Shown piece after piece: positions 42,997-52,445 of a stretch of 64,000 bases of DNA. The position numbers and the translations under genes are program-made. Within the stretch, counting starts at the first letter, position 1; each line of letters starts with the position of its first letter. Below the pieces are notes generated by a model. It did no database searches. It was not told the DNA's origin and saw only the letters and a program-made list of their open reading frames with translations. Source of the stretch: an uncultured Planctomycetaceae bacterium (GTDB lineage: Bacteria > Planctomycetota > Planctomycetia > Pirellulales > PALSA-1355); assembly GCA_963785305.1 (NCBI GenBank), contig CAWAUV010000008.1, forward strand, positions 320,001 through 384,000. Direction: 5' to 3'.

Positions 42997-45015
42997 GTCG
43001 CGGGCAATACGACGCTCGACGGCGGATCGTTCAGCGCGAGCGACGCCAGCTCGGAAAACGACACCGCCAGCGACAGCTACGAACAAGACGACTTCGATGG
43101 CGGCGTGTTGACCAATCTCTCCGCGACCCAAGGTTACGAACACCACGCCGCCGCCGACCAATATATCCAACACGGCACGTACACGATCTCGACCGGCGCC
43201 GCCGGAACGATCGATAGCGGGAACATCGTCAGTAGCGAAGTCGAACACGACGGCATCCAGGCCAGCGATTCGATCTCGGCTTCCTACAGCGGCTCGGGCA
43301 TCCAGACCACGCTCGCCTCGCGCGACTTCAACCACGATTTCTCGAGCCAAAACGACGCCGACAATGGAATCGATAGCGGCGAGTCGCACGATGCGTCGAG
43401 CGATAGCTACTCGCAAAGCGTGAGCGACAGTTATCCGAGCGAAGGTCAGGGCCCCAGCGGGCAAGACCAGATCGAAACATCGCTCGTCACGACCGCGGCC
43501 GACAGCCAATGGGCCGCCGGCGCCGGCTCGGGCACAAGCCAATCCGACACCACGACCTATTCCTACGACGACGCATTCAGCCCCGGCTACAGCAGCAGTT
43601 GGTCGAGCAGCCAAACAAGCGACCCCTCGCTTTCGACCTTCGCGACCGCCGGCAACGGCGGCCAGCAGCAGTACCCGGCGAGCGCGGCGACATTGGTCAG
43701 TCCGCATGTGAGCGTGTTCAGCGTTCCGCTCTCGACGAACGTTCCGGTCGTCACCGACACGATCAAAGTGGAGGAAACGGTCCCGCAACAAGCCTGCTTT
43801 ACGGCTGACACGCTGATCTTGATGGCGGAGGCGCCGCCGAAGCGGATCGACCAAATCCGCGTGGGCGATGAGGTGCTCTGCAAGGACGATGGCGATCCGT
43901 ATGGTGCGCCGCGGCGTCGGGTGGTCGATTCGCTCAAACAGCATCCGCCGACGGCGCTGGTCAGCGTTCATGTACTCGATGAGTTCGGCGTCGAACTAGT
44001 CTCGCGCACGACAGGAAACCATCTCATCTGGACCAGGGAAGCCGGCTGGCTCCAAGCGCGAAAGCTCGAACCCGGTCAGCACGTCATCGGCCACGACAAC
44101 CGCTTGCATGAAATATTAAAAGTCGTCGATAATGGCGAAGTCGAGCCGGTTTTCAATTTCTCCGTCGCCGAGTGCCACACCTATTTCATCGCCAACCAAG
44201 ATGGCGCGATGAGCGTGCTGGTGCATAATGATTATGTCACATACGAGGAAGGTAAGAATGGCGTAACACTGGTCTATTATCAAGAGAGTTTGTTCGGCGT
44301 CGCCGATCGTCCACCGGTTTTTATTGGTTCTCTTCAGGGCAACAACGTAATCCACATTGCGCCCGACGGCACGAAAACCGCGGCGTCGTTGGACGCGGTG
44401 ACGAGCGAAGTGACAAGCCTCGGCACGACCGGCAACTGGGGTCAATGGTTCAACAAAAATGGTGTGAGCGCCGGCGCTCCAGCGGCGACGAACCTCGAAC
44501 AGGAGAAAGGCGGCGCTTTTGCATTGCAACTGAAACTCGACGAGGACAGCAATGCCCAACGCGAGTTGCAAAAGCAAGAAACAATTCCGAAAATCATCGA
44601 TGGCAAGACAAACTCAGTCGACATGGCCGAAGCCACATTGGAGCAGGTCACAGTCAACACGCCGATCGACGTCGGCCTCGCGATGGCGGGAGGGTTGGGC
44701 CCGCTCCATCATATCGCAACGAACAAAAACTGGATATCGACGTTGCGCGGCGGTCCCTGGAGCCCACGGTTCGCGGCGATTTTTGAAAAAGCGGGAATGA
44801 CACTTGAGGCTGCGGCGAACAAAATAAACATTCCGGGACACGCCGGACCGCATCCCGAAGCGTACCACAAAGAAGTATTTGATCGTTTGAGACGCGCGGT
44901 CAACGGTCTCTCGGGTGAGGCATATAAAAATGCGCTCATGAACGAACTCAACGCGCTCTCGCAGGAAGCGACGACTGCGGGAACTGAACTCAACAAGCTT
45001 CTCAACGGCGAATAA
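42997..45015 (+). CDS. Orphan cassette C6: longer carrier C stub, Hint, AHH nuclease (third copy)
   Basis: ORF 42979..45015; homology to 35529 onward starts at the IS junction. Confidence 0.85.
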   Translation, partial: VAGNTTLDGGSFSASDASSENDTASDSYEQDDFDGGVLTNLSATQGYEHHAAADQYIQHGTYTISTGAAGTIDSGNIVSSEVEHDGIQASDSISASYSGSGIQTTLASRDFNHDFSSQNDADNGIDSGESHDASSDSYSQSVSDSYPSEGQGPSGQDQIETSLVTTAADSQWAAGAGSGTSQSDTTTYSYDDAFSPGYSSSWSSSQTSDPSLSTFATAGNGGQQQYPASAATLVSPHVSVFSVPLSTNVPVVTDTIKVEETVPQQACFTADTLILMAEAPPKRIDQIRVGDEVLCKDDGDPYGAPRRRVVDSLKQHPPTALVSVHVLDEFGVELVSRTTGNHLIWTREAGWLQARKLEPGQHVIGHDNRLHEILKVVDNGEVEPVFNFSVAECHTYFIANQDGAMSVLVHNDYVTYEEGKNGVTLVYYQESLFGVADRPPVFIGSLQGNNVIHIAPDGTKTAASLDAVTSEVTSLGTTGNWGQWFNKNGVSAGAPAATNLEQEKGGAFALQLKLDEDSNAQRELQKQETIPKIIDGKTNSVDMAEATLEQVTVNTPIDVGLAMAGGLGPLHHIATNKNWISTLRGGPWSPRFAAIFEKAGMTLEAAANKINIPGHAGPHPEAYHKEVFDRLRRAVNGLSGEAYKNALMNELNALSQEATTAGTELNKLLNGE

Positions 45016-45028
45016 TACTGGGTGTGAA

Positions 45029-45592
45029 ATGGATTATTGTCGATTACTAACTGATGACAAAGCATACGCGGATCGTTGGTTTCTTGGCGAGCCCGTGACC
45101 GACGAGGGCATCGAGGTCGATGTGCGCGAATTTTGTTATGGCCGCCCGTATTCGGGCCCACGACCTGCCGTTGTTCCGATCCGCCAGTCAGGCCGGTCGG
45201 TGGCTTTCCATTTAGCCGCCTTCGACATGCCGGTTGTTTCGAGCGAGATCGCTGATGTGCTCGAACATTCCGCCCCGGCCGACATTCAACGCTTCCCCGT
45301 CACGATTGGCAGCGGAATTCGTGGATTCGAGATACTCAACGTGGTTGGAACGGAGCGTTGCGTGGATGAAGTTCGATCAAAGGCACGAAAATGGGGACCC
45401 GATGACGGCCGCCCGGACAAGGTCGGGCAATACCGCCAGATTACGCGTTTAGTAATCGATCCGCGACGTACCAATGAAAGACATTTGCTTCGGATCTGGG
45501 GTTGGTTAGTGGGGTTGATTGTTTCGGAGAAAGTAATGGAAACCCTTTCTTCGGCGCCCGATCTTGGCATTGTCTTTGAAAAAGTGACCTGA
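45029..45592 (+). CDS. Imm11-like immunity protein, variant C-terminal patch
   Basis: TNERHLLRIWGWLVG versus TMGRHLLRIWGSLVE in the other two copies. Confidence 0.75.
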   Translation: MDYCRLLTDDKAYADRWFLGEPVTDEGIEVDVREFCYGRPYSGPRPAVVPIRQSGRSVAFHLAAFDMPVVSSEIADVLEHSAPADIQRFPVTIGSGIRGFEILNVVGTERCVDEVRSKARKWGPDDGRPDKVGQYRQITRLVIDPRRTNERHLLRIWGWLVGLIVSEKVMETLSSAPDLGIVFEKVT

Positions 45593-45597
45593 TATGC

Positions 45598-46932
45598 GTG
45601 TCGCTTGTCGTTCCGAATACCTCATCGGACGAGGAAACGGTCCCGCAGCAAGCGTGCTTCGTGGCGGGAACGCCGGTGGTTGTGAAAGAAGGCTTCAAGC
45701 GGGTCGCGGATGTCAAACTCGGCGACGTGGTGGCCTGCAAGAGCGATGGCGACCCGTGGGGCGAGCTCTACTGGCGCGTGGTCGACCGGCTATTCAAACA
45801 TGACCCGACGCCGGTTCTCGGCATCGAAATCGCCGGCCGCCTAATCCGCGGCACCGCGAACCACCTGTATTATGCGGAAGGTCGCGGCTGGATCAAAGCG
45901 AGCGAACTCCGCGTCGGCGATCAAGTCATCGGCCACGACGGCCGCTTGCACGCGGTGACCGCGATCATCGATAATGGCGAAGTCGAGCCGGTCTACAACT
46001 TCGCCGTCGCCGAACACCATACGTACTTCGTGGCGAGCCAGGATGGCACGGTCAGCGCGCTGGTGCATAATACGTATGGTTTCGGCGATATTTGGGCGGC
46101 CGTCAAGGAAGGAACAAAGGTCTTTTTCGTCGATGAGATTTATGGAGGCGCGAAGGCGCTCGTTACCGGAGAAGCCGGCAACGCCATGGGCAATCGCGCG
46201 GTCGGCATCGTCGAAACCGCGACCGGTGACAAATTCACGGGCACGGCGGGCGATTATGCACAATTTTCGCGAGCAGTCGCCGGTGATCTCACCGGTGTAA
46301 ATAATCTCGCGGAGTCGGCGTACGGTTATGATATTTCAAACAACAATCAGCTCTCAACAGAGGAACGGATCACGCGAGGCGCGGCGGGCGTCGCGGGAGT
46401 CGCGTCTACACTTTCCGGCGGACTCGAAAGCGCCGCCCGCGCCGGTTTGTCGGCAGAGACGAAAGTCGCGACAACCGTGGGCAAGGTTGCAACCGCCGAA
46501 ACAACAGTGGCGGATGCGGTCGGCGCGATCGACGTCGCCGCCGATACAACAGCCTTCGAGACGGAAGCGATTACCGTCGGCGGCGAGGCCCGCCCCATCA
46601 TCAGCCAAGCCGATACCGGCCTGCCGTTCGAGAAGCCGATCGGGCCAAGTAATTCGGTCGGAACAAAACGGCCTGGATCGATAGGCGGAAATCCAGCGAA
46701 TAGGCTTATCGACGTCCCGACAATGGCTGGCAATCTAACCCGCCGATGGGTTCGGATCACTGATGTGGATGCGGCGAGCTATCGTACAGCGCAAGCGGAC
46801 AAGATTGGTCAACTGTATAACGAAACGCCGGCGGGCTTGAGCGAGGCGGAGGGCCAAGCGTGGAGGCTTCAGCAGATGAACGAATTTCGCCGCCAATGGC
46901 TCGATGATTTTTACAAGAACCGTCAATACTGA
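45598..46932 (+). CDS. Orphan cassette C7: Hint, Ala/Gly-rich pre-toxin segment, unassigned tip
   Basis: CFVAGT...VHNTY; AYGYDISNNNQLSTEERI resembles a pre-toxin TG-like segment. Confidence 0.75.
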   Translation: MSLVVPNTSSDEETVPQQACFVAGTPVVVKEGFKRVADVKLGDVVACKSDGDPWGELYWRVVDRLFKHDPTPVLGIEIAGRLIRGTANHLYYAEGRGWIKASELRVGDQVIGHDGRLHAVTAIIDNGEVEPVYNFAVAEHHTYFVASQDGTVSALVHNTYGFGDIWAAVKEGTKVFFVDEIYGGAKALVTGEAGNAMGNRAVGIVETATGDKFTGTAGDYAQFSRAVAGDLTGVNNLAESAYGYDISNNNQLSTEERITRGAAGVAGVASTLSGGLESAARAGLSAETKVATTVGKVATAETTVADAVGAIDVAADTTAFETEAITVGGEARPIISQADTGLPFEKPIGPSNSVGTKRPGSIGGNPANRLIDVPTMAGNLTRRWVRITDVDAASYRTAQADKIGQLYNETPAGLSEAEGQAWRLQQMNEFRRQWLDDFYKNRQY

Positions 46933-46953
46933 AACCTAACACGCTGAATCGCC

Positions 46954-47709
46954 ATGCCACGCCCGGTATTAAAACACGAAAAGAAGATTATCGAAGAAAT
47001 GCTCGCGGACAGCGGTCTGCCTCAATTTCCATCACCGCACACGTTTCAAATCCCCAAAACCGTGGATCGTATACACATGGACGATGATCCACCGATAAAC
47101 GCAGGATCGATGATTATTTTTCGTCGGCAAGAAGGGACCGTAGATTGCAAGGTTATTTCATGTCATTCTTTGTTCCCTCGGACAGTCGTTGGCGAATTGT
47201 ACATAACTGCCGGCGCGCTCGATGGCCAGCTTGCCTTTCTCGAACTCGTCGCGTGGCTGCAAATGCCCCGCCGGCCTGTTCAGTTTCTGACGAGTATCGC
47301 TTGGAAATTTTGTTCTGAAAATCTGGAGGATCTTCCCGGCGATCCGCTCAGCAATGCGATGGGCAATCTCCAGTTATTTTCGACGACTCGATCACGACGG
47401 ACAACTCGTGCGCTGGAGCGACTTCGAATCGCCTACATCGGTTCAAGTGTATGTTTCATGTTTTCGCAAGCACTGTCAGTTTTCGTGAACGGCGGCCGGG
47501 AGTTGTGCTCGATGGAATCTCCAGATGGTTCTGTCCAAGTCCTATGCTCTACAGCAGGGGAACTTGCTATCGATGGGTGGTGCCGCCTTTCAAAAGATCG
47601 GTGGGACCATTTTTGCGAGAAGGAAAAACGGTCGAGTTGTCCCCGAAAACCTCATCCGGGGCTGTCCCTCCCGAAAACCCCGTCGGAGGGGAATGGCGAT
47701 GCCAAGTAG
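46954..47709 (+). CDS. Candidate immunity protein for C7; 3' end runs into an IS end
   Basis: Adjacent to the toxin; last codons LSLPKTPSEGNGDAK come from IS sequence. Confidence 0.6.
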   Translation: MPRPVLKHEKKIIEEMLADSGLPQFPSPHTFQIPKTVDRIHMDDDPPINAGSMIIFRRQEGTVDCKVISCHSLFPRTVVGELYITAGALDGQLAFLELVAWLQMPRRPVQFLTSIAWKFCSENLEDLPGDPLSNAMGNLQLFSTTRSRRTTRALERLRIAYIGSSVCFMFSQALSVFVNGGRELCSMESPDGSVQVLCSTAGELAIDGWCRLSKDRWDHFCEKEKRSSCPRKPHPGLSLPKTPSEGNGDAK

Positions 47710-47990
47710 GGTTGATTTCGCGAGGTTGGTTTCGGCGAGGCTCAAGAAAAATCGCCGGCGTTGGTGTAAAAACGGGCTCGGAGGGCCTGTTTTTACTGAT
47801 CGGCGCGCGGCCTTCCCTTCGGCGTGTGGCCGGTCGTGAAGGCGGGAGGCGGCCCCAAACGGTGCGCATGTAGCGGTGATGCAAGCCGCCGACTTGCGGG
47901 ATGGAGCGCACCGGGCCGCGTTCGGGCGGTTCGACTTCGCGAGCGTTGGGCGCGTTGCGGCCGAGCGAAAGATGAGTTCTTGAATTGTTA
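47663..47990 (-). mobile_element. Right-end fragment of the rve-type IS
   Basis: Homologous to 58807-59152; YNNSRTHLSL...GGLHHRY on the minus strand. Confidence 0.75.
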
Positions 47991-48175
47991 TACCACTCAT
48001 CATCACAATGCCCACAAAACCGAGGTGCGGCTGATCTATTATCCTTGGCATCCGATGTACCAGATGAGCGTTTGTGTGGCGGTCGAACTGAACACTCGTG
48101 TGGGGACCGTCGCGCGGTGTACATTGCCTGGGAGGGAGGGTCGGCACGGTTTCGATTTACCATCCTGGATGCTGG

Positions 48176-48400
48176 GAAAATCAAAGGGGTCAGGCCTCAT
48201 TGGGCGGGAGCAAAGGGGACGCGAGTCGAATCGGGGGTCGGTTTTCTTGGGACGGCCGCGGGGACGAAGCGTCGATTGCAATCCACCGCGCGGTTTAGCG
48301 CATGGAAAATCAATCCCTTCGGCGGCATGCCCCCAGCTTAAGCCGGGACGCCTCAAACGTCGGTATCGACTCGCGACCCCGTTTTCGTTCGCCCTTTTCC
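48176..48400. mobile_element. Mini-RAYT type 1 terminus (48176-48202) fused to mini-RAYT type 2 (48203-48400)
   Basis: GAAAATCAAAGGGGTCAGGCCTCATTG directly joined to GGCGGGAGCAAAGGGGACGCGAG. Confidence 0.75.
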
Positions 48401-50188
48401 GATCGACGACGAGAACGTCGTCACCGGCGAAGTCGAACACGACGGCATCCAGGCCAGCGATTCGATCTCGGCTTCCTACAGCGGCTCGGGCATCCAGACC
48501 ACGCTCGCCTCGCGCGACTTCAACCACGATTTCTCGAGCCAAAACGACGCCGACAATGGAATCGATAGCGGCGGTTCGCACGACGCTTCGAGCGATAGCT
48601 ACTCGCAACGCGTGAGCGACAGTTATCCGAGCGAAGGCCAGGGCGCCAGCGGGCAAGACCAGATCGGAACATCGCTCGTCACGACCGCGGCCGACAGCCA
48701 ATGGGCCGCCGGCGCCGGCGCGGCGCAAGCCAATCCGACACCACGACCTATTCCTACGACGATGCGTTCAGCCCCGGCTACGGCAGCAGTTGGTCGAGCA
48801 GCCAAACAAGCGACCCCTCCCTTTCGACCTTCGCGACCACCGGCAACGGCGGCCAGCAGCAATACACCGCCAGCGCGGTGGAAATCATCAGCCAGCATGC
48901 CAGCGTGTTCAGCGCGTCCTTGACGACGAACGTGCCTGTCGTCACCGATACCATCAAGAGCGAGAAAACCGTCCCGCAGCAAGCGTGCTTTACAGCGGAT
49001 ACATTGATTCTGATGGCCGACGCGCCGCCGAAGCGCATCGATTTGATTCGCGTGGGCGACGAAGTGCTCTGCAAGGACGATGGCGACCCCTTTGGCGCCC
49101 TTCGGCGCCGGGTCGTCGATTCACTCAAGCAGCATCCGCCGACAGCATTGGTCAGCGTGCATGTTAACGATGACCTCGGCCGAGAGTTGCTTTCGCGAAC
49201 GACCGGAAATCATCTCTTCTGGACGAAGGAAGCCGGCTGGCTTCAGGCAAGAAGGCTCGAGCCCGGCCACCATGTGCTCGGCCACGACAACCGCTTGCAC
49301 GAAGTGCAGAAAGTCGTCGATAATGGCGAATGCGAGCCGGTGTTTAATTTCTCCGTCGCCGAGTGCCACACCTATTTCATCGCCAGCCAAGATGGCGCGA
49401 TGAGCGTGCTGGTGCATAATGATTACATCGAGCGGATTACAAGGCAGGATGGTAATGTCGACTTGGTCTACCATTCTTCTTACTTCGGGTTCGAAGCAGG
49501 AGATATCGCCTACATCGGAGTCTTGCAACCTGATGGGACGGTAACGCGCGGAAAAAACCAATCGAACATTGATGCGGTCAAAGCGGAGGTAAATGGATTT
49601 AATACGACGGGCAACTGGGTTGATTGGTTCGAGAACAACAACAAACCACCGTCCCTCGAGGGCAACAAAGGCCAGACCGCCATTGAGATGGCCAGGAACA
49701 AGGATCAATTCAAAGGCGAGGTCGTCGAGAACGCCGCCGCGCAAAACGCGGAAAAGCTGCAAGAAGGCGCGCAACTCGCCGCGCAGATGAACAAAGACTT
49801 GGAGGACTTTGTTACAAGAGACTTGCCGCTGACCATCGCCTTCGCCGCTATTGGAGCAAACGGAGAACTAATCGGCGAGTCGCTTGCACGTGCGATGCCC
49901 CGTGGCCATGTTTTCGAGAGGCACGCGTATGAATGGTTCGGGGTTTCGCGTGGCTTCACACCGACAGCGCAGCAAGCAAAAGAGTGGATTGATCTTATCC
50001 AGCGTGTAAGTCGTTCAAAAAACACGTTCAGTTGGTCTGTTGGCGATTCAAAAACAATTGCGCACCTCGCAAAAGTCGATGGCAAATGGTTCGTGGTCCA
50101 ATACTATGAAGCAACCGGCGTCTTAGCATCAGCATTCATGCCCAACGCTACGCAACTCGCAGAAATGTTCAAGCTATTGGGCTGGTAG
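48401..50188 (+). pseudogene. Orphan cassette C8: carrier C stub, Hint, linker, possible RNase tip; frameshift near 48722
   Basis: ORFs 48612..48923 and 48701..50188; tip GHVFERH...LASAFMP. Confidence 0.75.
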
Positions 50189-50197
50189 GAGTTGTTA

Positions 50198-50957
50198 ATG
50201 AAAACACCATTGGGTGAAAATGTAAGTTTAGACTTCTATTTTAATGACCGTAGTTGTGCTAATGGATTGCGGGATGTCGTTCGACATTGCTTGAATGCTG
50301 GTGCATTATTTTCCGGCGAAATAGTCGCCTTCGAGTACAAGCATGCGCGGCGCAAAAATGCCGCACGCAGGCTATGAACCGCACGTTAAGAAAGGTATCT
50401 CGGAAACAGATTTAATGCAGTTACTCGAGTCCGACGATGCACGCGTGCTGGTTGTCGGTCTCTGGGACATGCTCGGGTTTAGTAAACAGTCGCCCGAGAT
50501 CGTTACGTTCAACGGCGTTTCCGAGCAAGCCCTTCAATTCGAGACCAATCCAATTTCCATTGTTGGCGAGGGCTGGCGGTTCAGCACCCCGGGGTATGAA
50601 AAAGAACGACGCGCGGATGCGACAACATGCTATAGGCGGTTCGTCGAAGTTTGCAAAGCGTTGAAGCCGAGCTACGGAGCTATCCTGAACGAAGATTCGC
50701 TGACGTGTCCTTTCGATTTGAAACAAGGCAACGGAACGAGGTGTTTTTCGAATTTCTTTATTAGTGAACAAGCATTCGGGACATCCATGCTCGCGAAAAT
50801 AGAATCCATGTATCACGATGCATATACGGAGCGATTTCAGGAAGGTCTATACGTCTCGACATGGATGTTTTCCCCCCGCAACATAATTACCGAGCAGGCA
50901 TCCGCGGTCGAGCGTTCAAAGAGAGTTGCGACAATGATCGCTTCACTAATCCCCTAA
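50198..50957 (+). pseudogene. Immunity protein for C8; frameshift near 50348
   Basis: GGAG RBS; ORFs 50192..50377 and 50343..50957 join at CATGCGCGGC. Confidence 0.65.
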
Positions 50958-50983
50958 TCCCCTTAGGTCCTGTCTCTTGTCCC

Positions 50984-51171
50984 TGTCCCTCCCGAAAACT
51001 CAATCCGCGGGGGCAGGGGCGTGTTTGAGGTGTCGAATCGGAAATCAGCCCGCGAGGTGAGTCAAGGAATTTGTAATGGTAGCGAGTAAAAACAGGCCCG
51101 GAGGGCCTGTTTTCACTCCTGGGCGCGCGGCCTTGCCTTCGGCGTGTCGCCGTGATGAGAGGTCGTGAAGG
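50984..51171 (-). mobile_element. Right-end fragment of the rve-type IS (variant end)
   Basis: TGTCCCTCCCGAAAAC preceded by TGTCTCT/TGTCCC stutters; similar to 42654 and 24500-24563. Confidence 0.75.
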
Positions 51172-52445
51172 CGCGGGGCGGCGGGCGGGGTGGCGGGCGC
51201 GATTCCCGGGGCGCTGGTCGCGTCGGTCGTGTCCGGCCCGGCGGGATTTTTCACGGTGCTGACCGCGGGAGCGATCTCCGGCGGAGTCGCGGGCGCCATC
51301 GCCGGTTACTCGGCCAAGAATAGCACGGCGGTGATGCAATCCGCCTACAACAGCGGCCTCGCCGCCGGCTTCGAGACCGGCGTGGCGATGATCTTCACCG
51401 GCGCGGGCGCGGCCGTGCAAATCCTGGTCGGCGCCGGCGCCGCCGCCACGACGAACGTGATCGGCCAACTCGCGCATGGCGTGAGCTTGAACCAACTAAA
51501 TTACGCGTCGATCGGCTGGTCGGCCTTGCAAGGCGGCGCGTTCGCCGCTGTCGGCAAAGCGGCGATGTACGCCGGCTGTAAGCTGGGCATCACGCCGTTC
51601 TGCTTCGCCCCCGACACGCCGATCTCGACCGGCCAAGGCTTCCTACCGATCTCGATCATCGAGCAGTTCCAGGAAGTCTGGGCGTTCGATCTGCACGCCG
51701 AGCGGTGGGAATTCAAGCCGGTCTTGGAGACGTTCGCCTTCGACTACGAAGGCGACATGGCGCATGTTTCGCTCGTTGGACCGGCCGGTGAGGAAACGAT
51801 TCGCGCCACGCCGGGGCATCCGTATTGGGTGATCGAGGGCGAAGGGCTCGATGAGCGGCCCAAGGGCGAGCACATTCAGGCGATCGAATCGGACTTGGAA
51901 GGCTCGCCGGTCCCCGGCCGCTGGGTGGATGCGGGCGATCTGCGCCGGGCGACGTGCTGCTATTCAAGAATGCGAAACCGCTGCGCGTGGAGCGTGTGTG
52001 GCTGGAGCCGTATTCGGGCAAAGTGTACAATTTCTTCGTCGGCGAGTCGCACAACTACGCCGTCGGCTTCCACGCGGCGCTCGTGCATAACGCGTGCAAT
52101 TCGGCGCAGCTTGGGAAGAATCTCACGGCAGCCGGCTACGCCAAATTAGGACCGGGCTGGCAGGCGGCGCATATAGTGCCCATCGGGGCTTTCAGCAACC
52201 GGACGCCGGAAGTACAAGCCGCGATCAAGCTCGCGCAGGCGAAAGTCAGCCAATATCTCGCGAGTTCGGGTGGTCTCAATTCCGCCGCTAACGGTTTCTG
52301 GTCTTTTGCCGGCCACGCCGGGACTCACACGAATAAATATTTTCTCGCCCTGGGCGAGCAGTTCAGAAGGGTTAACAGTACGAAAGGTGCGATAAGTGTT
52401 CTTTCGTCTCTATGGTCTCAAATCGAGGCGGGGGCGTTTCTATGA
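51172..52445 (+). pseudogene. Orphan cassette A5: Hint plus allele of the A2 AHH-type tip; frameshift near 51946
   Basis: ORFs 51190..52149 and 51954..52445. Confidence 0.8.

Noticed and set aside
12270..48400. CRISPR array from the recurring AAAGGGGTCAGG motif
   Set aside because: Copies are kilobases apart with no regular spacers and no cas genes.
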